From: Eledone cirrhosa
Lineage: Eukaryota
Direction of reading: 5' to 3'
Length of the DNA: 64,000 nucleotides
Assembly (NCBI GenBank): GCA_964016885.1
Contig: OZ024754.1
Location: 30,194,001-30,258,000, forward strand
Within the stretch, counting starts at the first letter, position 1; each line of letters opens with the position of its first letter. The notes beneath the pieces are model-generated. The model was given only the letters and a program-made list of their open reading frames with translations. It did no database searches and was not told the origin of the DNA. This document shows, in pieces, positions 15,485-29,339 of this stretch. The translations under genes and the position numbers were made by a program.

Positions 15485-15858
15485 CAGTGTACGTCGGCAT
15501 TCACGGTCTCGGCGTTCGCGGACCCGGTTATTCGGTGAATTTTCCTTAGAACCTAACTAATCATTATTCGTGGAAACCACCGCATATTCGCGGAATTGTA
15601 AATATCTTCCGCGATTTTATTATGGCCTTTTTCCTGGCAATATATATTTTTCACGCTAAATTATTAATAACAGTATACCGTATTTTCCGGCGTATTGAAC
15701 ACCACTTCACATAAGAGGCTCCCTCTTTTTTTATTATATTTTACGTTATATTTTGACGTTTATAGTCGGTTTTATGGACCACGTCCAATATTCGTAGTTT
15801 TTCACTCTTCGTGGTTTTTTCTACGAACGTAACCCCCGCGAATAACGGGGGACAACTG
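15485..15858. mobile_element. Tigger/pogo-like MITE
   Basis: TA-CAGT...ATTC(A/G)CGG termini ending ACTG-TA. Confidence 0.6.
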
Positions 15859-15879
15859 TATATTTATATAGGTGTATGT

Positions 15880-16400
15880 GTATGGTCGGAATTGATTTTC
15901 GGATATATTCTGCTTCAAATGTATGTTATCTCTTTCTCTTAATTTCGAGTATATTTTTTTGACCGGCCACCTTCCTGGTGGCAAGGTTGTAAAAGAAAAG
16001 AAATTGTCATCCCTTGAATCGCAAGAATGTTTTGCAAATTTTGAAGGTGCCAGCTATCGCAGCCATTTGTAGACTATGAATTAGGGAGCTGCGCTCTTTG
16101 TCCGCAAATCCAAGTTCAGTCATACTTTGGATACTGGATTTGTAAACTCCTCATCAATGATGAAGATGTCCTCCTTCTGTATTTTTCTGAAAACGTTTAC
16201 TATGTATGTATGTTATCTCTTTCTCTTAATTTCGAGTATATTCTTTTTTGACCGGCCACCTTCCTGGTATATATATAACCCGTAGCTCCAATAATGATGG
16301 GTATGAAGCTAAAGGTGTATCTTGGATACTGGATTTGTAAACTCCTCATCAATGGTCCGTAGATGTCCTCCTTCTCCTGTATTTTTCTGACAACGTTTAC
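15880..16400 (-). mobile_element. 3' end of an RLE-type LINE (R4/Dong-like) with local duplication
   Basis: EKEDIYGPLMRSLQIQYPRYTFSFIPIIIGATGYI and LQMAAIAGTFKICKTFLRF. A similar IPIVIGALCCVTKKL fragment lies at ~6810-6915. Confidence 0.6.
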
Positions 16401-17158
16401 ATGTATGTATGTATGTATGTACACATGTTGGTGCTACTGGTAACATGTATTCCAGTACAACTTGACTCATGGTCGGGTCGTTGGCGACTAAACTGGCAAC
16501 CACACCAAGGTTTCTTGGTGAGGAGGGTGACTTTGGACATCCTGCAGGACTAAAAACAAAACCTATCAAAGGGCAAAGGAGCTCTTAAGAGTCAATAGCC
16601 ATCCAAAATCACCGGGAGAGATGACCCCTTAGCCTTTGTCAAGGCAGAATTCTAGGAGAAGGAAAACTCTGATATAACACCTGCAACCCTGATGGTATCC
16701 AATGATGTTGACTTGTTCTTCTTTTTGGTAAATATCATCTTGGTTAAGAGAGTGGGACTGGCTTTGTGTAGTGCCTTTGCTCACTATAAAAGCTTCACGG
16801 CACAGGCATTGCTTTATATCTGGAGATCTCTCTGCACTTGTCGTCACATGGTACTGTGTGTCAATAATTGTCACAAGTGTAGTGTTTGTACCAGAGTTTT
16901 CAAGTCGCTGGCTGGACTAAAAAGTCACACTCGTTCAGCGCATCGGTAGGGGTTCTCCTACATGGATATAAAGTAGTGGCCGTACTCGAAAACGAGTTGG
17001 CAGCCACCACCATGTACACATGTATACATGTATGTATGGATGTATATAGAGGCAAACTGACCATACACATCCTTTACGCCGAATCTTTTTTTTTTCTTTT
17101 CGTTTCTTCTTCATCTCACTCCTGTATCTTTTTATTCCTTCTTTTATTTCTCATTTTA

Positions 17159-17194
17159 TCTTCTGATGAAGGATAACGGCCGAAATGTTAAGAC
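17159..17194 (+). ncRNA. Minimal hammerhead-like motif, degenerate
   Basis: TCTT-CTGATGA-A-GG..CC-GAAA-TGTT-AAGA. Upstream flank is similar to the copy at 5827-5865. Confidence 0.45.
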
Positions 17195-17334
17195 TCTTTT
17201 CTTACTACATCAAACTTTAAACTGATATAATCTCCATTGCACTGTACTGTATACTTTGTTCTCTTTCCGTTTCCTTTTTTGTCATACATACATATCTAAA
17301 TATACGCACGCACACGGACACACACATATATACA

Positions 17335-17954
17335 TATATATATAAAACTGAAATTGTCTGTGTGCGACCTCATTTTTGCATAGTCTATACAAATCCACAT
17401 TTCTACTCCGATTGGCTTCAAACTTGCATTTATATATTCCTTGTGGTCTAAAGATATTAAGTGCAGCTTTTAGTTTTCAATTTTCTGTTTTTAAAGGGGT
17501 GTTAGGCGCCGGTTATCTCTCTCTTTCTCTTAGTCTGTCTTTTTAGTTAGATTCGTAGCTATAACGTCACACTCTTATAATATCTGTCTGTATGTTTGGT
17601 TGTCTGCATTACGACATTATGACAAAAATTGTTCTCATTGCTGACGTATTACCTTCGCTATTTTCCGTTCATTGCCAGGGAACGTCTTCACGAAACAAAG
17701 TATCGTCTTCTTGTTTTCCTTCGGTTGCAACGTTTTTCGAAATATTTACTTCTGCGTTCACAGATTGATTGTTTTAGTTTCAGAAGATCCCGTTAGGGGT
17801 GAGAGCAGCGATTCTTTGCTTAAACTTTAATCTGTTATGTTAATATATATATAGTAATAATAATAAATTTGAAGACTAAAATCCAAAGAGGGCTCGATAA
17901 GGATAAATATATATCAAATGAAAGCAGCGATTCTTTGCTTAAACTTTAATGTTA

Positions 17955-18042
<88 letters not shown>

Positions 18043-18950
18043 TATATTCGTGTACAGATAATTTTTCATACACAAAAATAAAATATAAACAAACTTATTT
18101 ATTTCACGAAAGCACAGACGGCTTATCGTCATTGTTACTGCCGATATGCCACCCAAAAAGTCCCACTACTTTTGTCACAAGGCTAGCAATTACATAGTCA
18201 ACGGTTCGGAAATCACATGAATTACTGACGAGTTTACTCCTTACTCTACCAGTTAGTCTTAGTGTACTTCGTCCTGCTTTTAGGTCATGCCTCGAAGGAA
18301 GAGATACTCCATTGGCCGAAATACTGCGAAAGCGGCAAGAAAAAGATCGAGGCGGGCAAACGAATCGTCAGTGGAATCTGCTATTCGACGGTCGCAAGAT
18401 GCTGTCACCAGAAGAGCACTTGAAACAGACAACCAACGAACCATTCGCCGAACCGTGTCAGCTTTGCAATGTCTATCAACAAATCCCAGTGTCAGACCCT
18501 AGCTGTTTCTGGTCTTCTTTTGGAAGAGTCCTCTTTTTCACACAGGCAACTAAACGCTGGCTGCTCAAGAGTGGGAAGCAAGACAAATCTCTTTGCATAT
18601 GCCCGACACGGAAGAACAAGGAACATTGTGTACAAGGAGGTGCTACAATCATTGTTTAAGTAGACGAGGCAGAAGGGGATATACACGATTGGCTGAAGGA
18701 CGAGACTGTGTTAGTAGTACGACCAACGGCTGCTATCACACCAACAGCAGCAAAAACAACAACAAAAAAGAGAGGGAACGCAATTACATGCTTTTGAAAA
18801 ATCTTAATGGAAAATTATTTGCCTAAGCACAAAATGTAGACACCATCCCCAGGCCGAGGTATTCCGAACTTCTCCGTACTGTTTCAGAAAGAGGGATAAA
18901 CATGCCAATCTATGTTTAGAAGCCCAAGCAACGTCGGGCCATTCTGCTAG
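17335..18950 (+). mobile_element. Non-autonomous Helitron (internal deletion of RepHel)
   Basis: RepHel-like N-terminus MPRRKR...GR at 18287 joined to a PIF1 helicase C-terminus (FAMSINKSQCQTL...FSHRQL...CSRVG...TRNIVYKEVL). 3' GCCC...GGGC hairpin followed by CTAG|T at 18947-18950. 5' end approximate. Confidence 0.85.
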
Positions 18951-19974
18951 TATATATATATATATAAACTCCATCTGGTCTTGTGAAAGTGCATGCATTG
19001 AGAGGTCTGACTATATTTGAGAAAAAATAACTCTCTGATTGATATTTTTGGTACTCCTTGGTTGTTGAGTAGACTTAAACGTGTTTTGGAGTGTTATTTC
19101 TAGCGTCATTAAAAGCTTGTCATATTGTCATGACATATAAAGATATATAGATTCATTTAGTAGTTGAATGACGAACTCTATTGGGCATACCATGATGGTT
19201 CGACAACGATATGGTCTGTACGCTACCTATTCAATATTTTCTATATATCCAAATAATTTCTCCCTGAAGACGGAATATTGTGTTAATTTAATGACGGAAT
19301 ATTGTGTTAATTTAATGACATAATTAGTATTCTTTCTTGATTCCAGAAACTGTAGTTTGGGTCCTTATATAGAGTGAAACTGACTTATTTTACTTTGTCT
19401 GACTATATTAGAGACCATATTATATGCAAATGACTATCACCTTAGATGTACCGTGTGCTGAAGAAAATGGCGTTTCGCGTTCTGTATAAAGAAAATATTC
19501 ATTCTAAGGGAAATAACTTTCTTGTGCAAACATTTTATTTCAATTTAATTCTTCAGGGTTATTTCCCTTTGAAATGACCAACAATAATCAAACCCATATA
19601 TATATATACACAAAACTACATTTTAAACGAAACTATGAGAAATGTATATATAAATCAATTTTCGACATTTATTGAAACAATTAAACATATTCACGTATTT
19701 CTCCGTAAACTGCGAAAGATGAACAGCTTTGTGTTGAGAACTTTATCAGAAGCTATTTATATCCTTCACAATCCGCAATGTTACGTAATCAAAAACCTAT
19801 CAGATTTGGGAGAACAAAAAAGCTGGAGCCTTCTAATTTGCATTTTACTACTTAACATAGATGTTAATCCAATTATATATTAAATTGTGCACAAAACAGC
19901 TAGATTATACAACTTCATATCTGCACACTAACAGTTCATCTTTAGTGGTTCACATTAACTAACTGAATTTAGTA

Positions 19975-20290
19975 CTAGTAAGAGTATATGTTAACATTGA
20001 GTGACTGTATTTGGTCCTATTACCAGTATCTGTACACATTGACTGACAGTTTTTAGTCCTAGTACCAGTATCTGTACACATTGACTGACAGTATGTGGTC
20101 CTAGTACCAGTATATGTTCACACTGACTAACTGTATTTGGTCCTAATACCAGTATCTGTTAACATTGACCGACAGTATTTGGTCCTAGTACCAGGATCTG
20201 TTCATCTTTAGTTGTTCACATTAACTTTTTAGTCCTAGTACCAGTAACGGTTAACATTGACTGACAGTACTAGTTCTGGTATCTGTTCCT
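19975..20290. repeat. ~39-bp minisatellite
   Basis: GTCCTAGTACCAGTATCTGTACACATTGACTGACAGTAT-like units. Confidence 0.85.
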
Positions 20291-21019
20291 CATTAGGTAT
20301 TCTTTATTTTGTACTATTATCAATTATTTTAAATAACTGTTTCTACTTTAGGCACAAGGCCAGCAATTACCCAGTGCATTACTGGTACTTTATTTTATCG
20401 ACCCCGTAAGGATGAAAAGCAAAGTCAACCTCGGCTTAAATAACAATGCATGACAAGATGTGCGTGTGTGTGTGCATGGTTGCATGCAATAAAGCAACTG
20501 ACAAACGTCAACTGCAAAATTAATGGCAATATGTTTTATTGAGCCAAAAAAAAAAAAAAAAAAAAAAAAACGGATTTTATTTGAAAACTGTCGATATATG
20601 AAGTGCCATGGAAGAACAGGAGTCGATGGGGCTGTTGACATCTACAGGTTTAACAGAACATGAAATAAAGCAATTTAACAAGTTTCTTTTTCACTCAAGA
20701 TATCTTCCTCTTCAATTACATTGTGAAATGGCTTCATTTATAATACAGCTTTGAGTTGAGGTGGTCAGCTGGAACCTTTTGGCAACATCTGCATGAAGTT
20801 TGGCACTTCAAAGAAACAAAACGAACGAATGAAAGAACTTAACAGCCTTTCATTGGGTGATTTATGCCGTTAGTGTTAGTCACTATATACATATATGTAT
20901 ATATATACTTATACATACATATCATATATAATATAAATATACAATAAGTATATATACATACATATATGTATTTATATATATATCATCATCATCATATATA
21001 TATATACTTATTGTATATA

Positions 21020-21089
21020 CAGGGTGTCCCAAAACAATGTATACACACTTCAACATCATTCTATGTATATAGATTTTTGGGACAACCTG
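21020..21089. mobile_element. 70-bp Tc1/mariner-type MITE
   Basis: TA-CAGGGTGTCCCAAAA...TTTTGGGACAACCTG-TA. Confidence 0.7.
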
Positions 21090-21256
21090 TATATATATAT
21101 ATAGGTTGTTCCAATATATATAGAAAGAGACATACTATATATATATATCGTATATAAATATATAAAGAGAATATACATATTTATTATATGCATGCACACA
21201 CAAAATTCATTCTAAAAGTTTTCAACGAGAGGCCAAGCCACTTCAAGTCGAAGCAG

Positions 21257-21262
21257 TTTATT
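21257..21262 (-). terminator. Candidate polyadenylation signal for the distal-exon isoform (~4 kb 3'UTR)
   Basis: AATAAA at the end of a U-rich, mostly repeat-poor stretch. Another AATAAA at 20535-20540. Confidence 0.35.
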
Positions 21263-21559
21263 AACTCCAAGTCACCAGCACCACAATACACAGTACAGTA
21301 CAATGAACAAGACAACCAGCAAATTCAAATAAAAAGAATTAGCTATTCATTGAAAAAGTTGTTTTCAACTGGGGTCTTTTGCTTAGTTATTTTTTTTTAT
21401 TTTCTTCCTAAAACATTGTGAAACTTCCAAAAGATCCTGGCCCATAGACAACATTAACTTACTTTCTGTTCTCTAAGTTTTCTTTTTCTTTAAAAAAAAA
21501 AAGTTAAAAATTATAATCTGTAATGAGTCAATTTATACTGTTTTTTTTCTTTATGGGGT

Positions 21560-21850
21560 AACGTTTAAAGTCTTTTTCGAGCCCGGAGGCTGATCAAGCC
21601 CATGCATGTCCCACTTTCCGTGGGATTAAGCAACTGAGAGTACAAGACTCCCCCGCTGTACAGGACACCAGCCAATTGCAGGGGTAAACCCCCAGCTACT
21701 GCTGGTACTCATTTTTAGCTGAGTATGCAGGAGCAATGTGAAATGAAGTGATTTGTTCAAGAACGCAACACACAACCAAGTCCAGGAATCGAACCCATGA
21801 CAATATGTTCCTAAGTCCAACACCCTTACCACTAGGCCATGCACCTTCAC
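21560..21850 (-). mobile_element. Second tRNA-derived SINE family (CORE/V-like body) inside the putative distal 3'UTR
   Basis: Minus strand TGGCCTAGTGGTAAGGGTG..GGTTCGATTCC..TTCTTGAACAAATCACTTCATTTCAC. Copies at 33510-33745, 38660-38765, 46180-46520 (+), 55470-55615, 55890-56155 and 63820-64000. Confidence 0.75.
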
Positions 21851-24800
21851 CCTTCACCTCTTTATGGGGTATGGATATAACAGTAAAGCAAGAACATTAT
21901 TATCACTATTGATAATTCTTTCTAGCATTGGTACAAAGCCAACAATTTGGGGCAAGGGGGAAAGCTTACTATATCAACCCCAGTACCTGACTGGTACTTT
22001 TTTTAAATCGACCCTGGAAGGATGGGCAGAGGTGACTTCAACCGGATTTGAACTCGGACTATAAGAGCCAGAAAAATACTGCTAAGCATTATTCCGATGC
22101 TCTGACAACTCTGCAAATCTATTGCCCTTTTATTACTATTAATAACTATTATTAATCTTTGATTAAGAAAGGAAATACTAACAAACAAAAATTTACAAAA
22201 TTAAAAAATTAAACGGAATTTTTCTTTTTCTCTAGATATATTCATAATACAATATTATGAAACTAAGAAAGAGGGAAATGAAAACAATATGAGAATGGTT
22301 AGATAGAAAGCAAAAATAAATATGAAAAGGATACCAAGTTTGAATTATCCTTCATTATTTGGTTAAATGTTGCAGTTAAAAAAATACTATTTTTTATATT
22401 TTTTATTTTGTTTTTAATTTTGAAAAGGAAAGGAAAAAAAAAAGCCCAAATTGACAATTTTATAATTTTAAAATAATTAACCGGGAGGTTTTAACAAATT
22501 GCGAGAGAGATTTCAAAATTGTACAGAAGCTGTAAAACAGTTTTTTTTTTTTTTATTTAAAGTCAAACTGGCATGTTTCTGACATTGCTTAAATGGTGAC
22601 ATTAAACCAGTAATTAAAAAAAAAAAAAAAGAAGTATTGAGACTGTTTAAGGCACCAACATCCAAAGTGATTGGTATCCAGCAGCTGTGTACCATAGCAT
22701 TTGTGATGGAGCAAAACACCTACCTTAGTTAACAAGTACGTGTCATTCAAGTAGATTTGTTTGGTTTTTTTGTTTAAACTTGTGGTACAAATGGAAGTTG
22801 TTTTAACAGAAAAAGGAAAGGAAAGGATAAAAAGGTTGCATTTAACTGAAAACAAATCTGTATTCTATAATGAACAACTTTGCCACATAAAGGGATAGGA
22901 TGTCAGGAATACATTTTAAAAATTTACTATAACTTTAATAATATACTTTAGGTTAGTTTTCAAAATATAACCTTCATGAGGAACAGGACTTTTAAACGTG
23001 CATATATATATATATATATATACATATATCAACTGACTTCATTAAAATTTAGAATGAACCACTTTGGAAGTGGTATATCATACCACTTAAATGGCAAGAT
23101 AAATAAACACAGCTATATATCATACAAAGTCATTTTCTAGGATTTGAATAATTCGCTTAACCCATTTTAATTTTTTTTTTTAAATCTACCCTTCCTTGTT
23201 ACCACAGTTGAAATCTTATTTGAACTAAGTGTAATGAAATGGTATTAGGAAAATATGATTCACAAGACATTGTTGGAAAATGTATCACATAATGTATAGA
23301 AAGTGGAAATAAATTTAAAAAAAAAAAAAAGAAAAACATGTTCACGTCATCTAATTTGGAAAATAAAATATTTTTGTAGCTATATCTCTCTAAATGTTGG
23401 TTGCCACTGGACTCTTTCATGATCGAATTTCTGAAATATACTCTATTTCAATTAATTAATGAAGAATTTTGAGGAATCTACTATAATTACTATTTCCATT
23501 ATTAAAATAGTAACTTAACATATGATTCTTATATAAAATCCTAATGGAAGGTCTTAATTTAAATAGAAACCCTTTAAGTTGGGTGGTTTAGTTTCATAGA
23601 GTCAGAGCCAGTTTTGGCTGTGTTGGTATCAAATGAGTTTACTCATTTGAGGAAAATTATAGAAACTTAAAACACACCTTTTTAATCAAATAAGAACCTT
23701 TATTAGATTTTCTTCAACTACATATTTTGTTTAATGCTCAAAAAGAAAATGTCACTGAAGAATTCTGTACACGTGGCATACAGGAACGAGAAAATATATA
23801 TTTGGAACAGTTTTAAAAACACAACCTATTTGGAACATCTTTAATTCTTTAGTTCCTGCAATGCTTATTATTCTTGCTGATCATTAAAAAAGCAAATGTA
23901 AGGCTTTTTTTTTTTAAATAATTGTTTGTTGATAATGTCTTAAATGATTAGATATTTAGAAAGAAAAATAAGACTTAATATGAGAAACTGTTATACTGAC
24001 ATAAGTTTATTTCATAAAAAAAAATTATATTAGGACCAGTCAGATGTAGTATCAGACAAAAATAAAAATAATAAAAAAAAAATCCTGTTATAACTGAAAA
24101 AGCAGCCAGTCTTTATACAATAAACTAAAAAAAAAATGCATTCATATCTATTTATTAGGGTTAATGATAGATTGTTAAAGGTAGAGATAACTAAAGTAAA
24201 AGTCATAAGATAATCTGCCAAATTCTCTTCACCATATCTTTTACAACTGACAGCTGAACCTGAAAGACTTTGATGTAGATATAAAGCTGTCCAAACAAAG
24301 GTAACACCATTCCAGATAGCTACCCAGAAGAAAACGTTTTGTTGTTGTTTTTTTTAAATCCATTCATCCATACAGTTACGGCAGAAAGCAGGTATGTGGT
24401 TTTAAAATAATGATTTGTTTGGTCTCTGTATCTAGTAATAATGCAGTTGACAGATACCTGAAGACAGCTAGAGAGAGATATGAGCAGTAAGGCGGCAGAA
24501 AATATAGTCTAACTTAGAAAAATAAAGACTTCAATGTTGGAAGATATACCAAGATATACCAGCACACAATTTAGCTACAATGGTCAATGTACTTTATATA
24601 TCATCTCTGCAATATTTTAATGGCAGAGATTCAGTTGAGTTTTGTTTTGTTTGTTTGTTTGTTTGTATTTAAATTTACTTTTTGTTACAATAAGTAAAAA
24701 AAATAAAATACTGGCATAATAATAATAATACAAACAATTTAAACTAGAACCAATGGCAAATGAAATTTAAAAAAAATATTTTCAAAATAAAAATGTAATG

Positions 24801-25336
24801 CAAACAGGAATGAATACCAGCATAAGAGTAAGAAAAGTGTTCATGAATGCATATTAAAAAAGGCTGTCAGTTGAGCATGGTGCCAATAGCAACATGAACA
24901 ACTTGGTTTTATGTATCTACACACATTCAAACACAATCAAAACCAGCCACACACAAACATACATACCTATCTTTTAGTTCACGTGTCCATACAAACTCTT
25001 GGTTTTTAAATTTTCAATTTTAAATATAATTTCATATTTCATATATATATATTTTTCTTTTTATTATAGAATTTTATCATCTCGTTCAAACTGACTTGCC
25101 AAAAAAATCAGTGAATGCAATTGATTATTGGGTTAGGTAAGATTATATCTGCAGAAGGTGGACTAAGTTTGTGAACATCGGAGAAAGCAGCAAGTTATTT
25201 TTTTTTTTTTTAACAAAAAGCATTTAAAAAAAAAAAAAAGTTTTTCCTTTTCTTTGTTGTAAGTTGGATACATAAGTGGGGAGAGGGAAGGAAAAAAATT
25301 TTGGAAAAGAATGAGAAAAATTGATGCGAGTCCCAA

Positions 25337-25759
25337 TTACAACATGGTACAGGCTCCTTTCTTCTTCTTCTTTACTTGAAGGGCTGCCCGAGTAGCTGTT
25401 TCAAACACTTCTCTCACGCCATCTTTGGTCTTAGCAGAACATTCTAAATAACTATAGGCATTGATCTTCTCCGCCATGGCACGACCATCTTCAGGTCGGA
25501 CTGGTTCCTGCTTCATCTTCATAAGTTCTCTCTTTGTATTTTCATCATTTCGTAGATCTTTCTTATTGCCAACCAAAATGATAGGAACGTTGGGACAGAA
25601 ATGTTTCACTTCGGGGGTCCACTTCTCGGGTATATTTTCCAAACTGTCTGGACTATCAATAGAAAAGCACATAAGAATCACATCTGTGTCAGGGTAAGAC
25701 AAAGGTCGTAACCTATCATAATCTTCCTGTCCAGCAGTATCCCAGAGAGCCAATTCAAC
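25337..25759 (-). CDS. RhoA: RhoA distal alternative terminal exon (aa 53-192, ends [11 protein letters not shown])
   Basis: Acceptor TTTTTCTTTTCTCTAG|GTT in phase 0. Same 423-nt length as the proximal exon, with intact motifs and CaaX. Sequence recalls Aplysia rho ([31 protein letters not shown]). Confidence 0.95.
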   Translation of the reverse strand, partial: VELALWDTAGQEDYDRLRPLSYPDTDVILMCFSIDSPDSLENIPEKWTPEVKHFCPNVPIILVGNKKDLRNDENTKRELMKMKQEPVRPEDGRAMAEKINAYSYLECSAKTKDGVREVFETATRAALQVKKKKKGACTML

Positions 25760-27480
25760 CTAGAGAAAAGAAAAATACAAATTAATTATTTCGAAAATAA
25801 ATTGATAAAATTATTATAGAAATATTGAACAAATTTGAAATCTATTTACTTTTCTTATGAAAAGCTGCTACAATGATTACATTATACAAATTAAACAATC
25901 AAATAAATTGAGTAAATTATCCTTGATTGCAACAGTCATACAACAGATGCAAGGTTCAATTCTTGCAGGTCACTGGCCACATTTTTACCAACTTCAAGGG
26001 TAATTTACCCGATTTATTCAACTATTTTATCGTTCATATATGTATTATGGCAGCTTTTCATATGAAAAGCAAATAGATTTCAAATTTTTTAAATAGATAT
26101 TGGGGGGGGGGGGGGCTATGTTACAATATAAAATGTTAAAGGTCTCAGTTACATAAAACAGCTTCTGAGGATTTACTTGTAATCTTTTTCTTTCAAAAAA
26201 AAAATAAATAAATAAATAAAAAAAAAAAGGAAAAAGAAAATCGGTTGAGGGAACAAAAAAGATCAACCTTTTCTTTCCATACGTAACCGTCCCTGGTTCC
26301 ACAATATTAAGCTGTTTATAATTATCTAAAACCATTCCATCACAATCCCATGTAAGAACCTTTAAGTTATCCAAATACCAACTAGTTTATTGAGAAAGTA
26401 ATAATTGTTTCTACTTTAGGCACAAGGCCAGCAATTACTGGTACTTTATTTTATCGACCCCATAAGGATGAAAGTAATAATAAACTTGTCCAAGATGTGG
26501 ATTATTTTCAAAATCATTTGAAAATTTATAAACTGTTTTTCATTAGCAATATGAAAAATGAAATGCTTAAAATGTTATACAAGGTCTCTAGCATTAAGTT
26601 TCCACTAATGTTACAATGCATTTTATTTTACATTTATTTTAAAATTCCTTAATACATCTGATACCTAACTGGTTGGAATCACCCCTGGTTAGTTCTAAAA
26701 TACTAAGCTGTTTGCATACATGAATCGAGTTTCAAGGAAGTTTTTAAATGCCTTGTGACAATATAATTTTAAATGATGAGAAGCCCAAACAATGCACTCA
26801 AGGAATGAAACAAGTGTTTTATTCAAAGCTTTGTCTTAAAAGATCCATACCAGTGAATTGCTATAAGATCTTAGAGTGGTTAACTGATGAAGGCCTTTTA
26901 AGACAAAGTTTTGAATAAAACAAGTTTTACTTTATATGCATTTAAGTGTTTATATTTATATAAAAACATTGAGTTATGTTCCAAACATCAGTTTCGCAAA
27001 AGTTATATTACTAATTTCCATCAAATTATAAAGTGATTTGAAAACTATCAGCAGTCTTTCAATAGATTTAAGAGAAGGGTTAAGCCAACATGGTGAATAA
27101 GTTGGTTCTTTCCCAACTTTATTTCCTAATCTAACCTTGAGACTAAAATAAAATTCAAGTCAGTTGATGTTTTATATTATAAACAAGTGTAAAGTTAGTA
27201 ACAAGAAAGTATAATTTAGTATCAGATTTAGTGGTCTAGTAGTATTACCCTTCGTTCACAAATGAAAGGTACCTAATTGAAGCCCAGTTGGGGATCATGT
27301 ACACACCCAACCATATGAAACATCAGAGTTGGAGATCAAATTGACTGGAAATATCAAAATGTAGTGCTTGGTGCTAGGAAGGGCTTCCAACCATAGAAAT
27401 GTCACAAGTGGACAAAGGTCTCATCAGATATACAATCCCCCTGGTGCTGATGCCATGATCAAATGCACACAAAACACAAT

Positions 27481-27690
27481 TTAACCCTTACATTTACATT
27501 ATATATACTATATTTTCATGATAAATGCTTTACCTTACATAATTATCTCAATATCAAAGCTGAGATTTTGATATTTATTTTGAGAAAAATACCTTAACAT
27601 AAGTATGACCGACCAGTTACAGCCAATTTGAACAGAAAAAAGTGAGAGAATTCTGACCAGATATGGCCAGTTTAAATGCTAAAGGGTTAA
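27481..27690 (+). mobile_element. piggyBac-like MITE (TTAA TSD, CCCTT...AAGGG)
   Basis: TTAA-CCCTT...AAAGGG-TTAA. Other copies at 29099-29285 (inverted), 45961-46135, 59211-59415 and 63086-63312. Confidence 0.8.
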
Positions 27691-29304
27691 GGAAGGGCAT
27701 CCATCCATAAAAACCATCCCAAAATGTAAAATAGTCATGGTCCTCTGACCTGTCAAGGGAGGCCTGTAGCTCAAATTATGTACTACAAGGTCTGTAACAG
27801 ACCATCCAACCAGTGCCAACATCAAAATGCAGATATAAAATGATATTGACTATAAATACCTAAATGTTTCATATCTAAAGATGAGTATTATTACAATCTT
27901 AACTTAGCTTTTAAATAGAATTAATTCAGTTTCTAAATGTCAACTAAACATCAATGATTAGTTTACTTATACATTTGGAATTATTTTAAAATGAGTAGCA
28001 AGACAAAGGTTCTCTTTGAAAGTACAAAAATAATGACTACTCATTTAATATGGGGAAAGGGTTATATTAATTTTGTTTAGACTAAGGAAACTAGGACTAA
28101 CTTATAAACTTAGCATTATTTCTACCACTATTACCATCCCACACTTTGGTGACAGACCATGGGGTGGAACAGATAAAAGTGTATGTTTCAAACACACTGC
28201 TCATGTTAAAGTTCCATACTAACAACCACCATGTAACTTTCACTCTTTATTCCTCTATTTGGTTCTCTATTACACCTCACTCTTCATTCCTCTCCCTGCT
28301 TGGGACAAGAGAACCTGATAACCTAACGTAGTAAAGATTATGCCTGTATGTGCTTCAGCCATGATAAAATGTGCCTTATATACTCAATAGAGGCACAAAA
28401 CCTGCAAAAATATCCAAGCAAAATGTGCTTAAACTAATCAAGGGGAGCAGTAACTCCAAATAAGTACTCAGTAACAATACATACAAAAAGGGGATGGGGT
28501 CAATTAACGGATCACAAGGAAACTGCTTCTATTGCCAATACTACTTGCTGGTTATAACTCCTGACAGAAACATCACAATAATTGCAAAATGGTAGTGCTG
28601 GTGCCATAACAAAATGTGCCCAGGATACTTTAACATGGAAGTGGTGGTGTCACAAAATGTACCCATTACACCTTGTAAAGTGGTTGGCAGTGGGAAGGCC
28701 ATCCAGCCAGAAACCTTGCCTAAATGGAACCAGCAAGACATGGTCATCTGATTTTTCAGTCTCAGTCCACACAACCCATCCAACCAATCCCAGCATGAAA
28801 AGCAGGCATAAAATTATACATTAGTCCTGAAATCTAGTTTAAAAGATAAGGAAAGCTAACACCCTCTTGTTATACATTAAAACTTAAGAGGGCAACATCA
28901 TTGATGTATTGTACAAATCAGTAAACCATGTTTAGACTGGTAATGCTGGGTAGAGAATGCAGCAAAATACCTGAAATCTCTAATTGGCATAAAACCTGTG
29001 TATATTCAGTTTAGTATACGTGCACTGTATCCCCTGTATCTTGAAAGAGGCAACTAAGAGTTGGCACGAGGAGGGCATCGAGCTGTAAAAACGTTGCTTT
29101 AACCCTTTAGCATTTAAACTATCCATATCGGGCCAGGATTATCACCTCTTTCTGGCCACTCATACTTATGTTTAAGGTATTGTTCTCAAATCATTAAAAT
29201 CTCATAGATTCAATATTATGCGAGGTAAAACCATTACCACGAAAATACAATAATAAATAGAGTAATGCAAACACTGAAGGGTTAAAAGGACCCTCCAGAT
29301 GTAC

Positions 29305-29339
<35 letters not shown>

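Noticed and set aside
23750-23795. CTGAAGA plus 7-bp stem resembling a hammerhead (also 8027-8056, 26885 and 36475-36530)
   Set aside because: GAAA is not positioned after stem II, and stems I and III cannot be formed.
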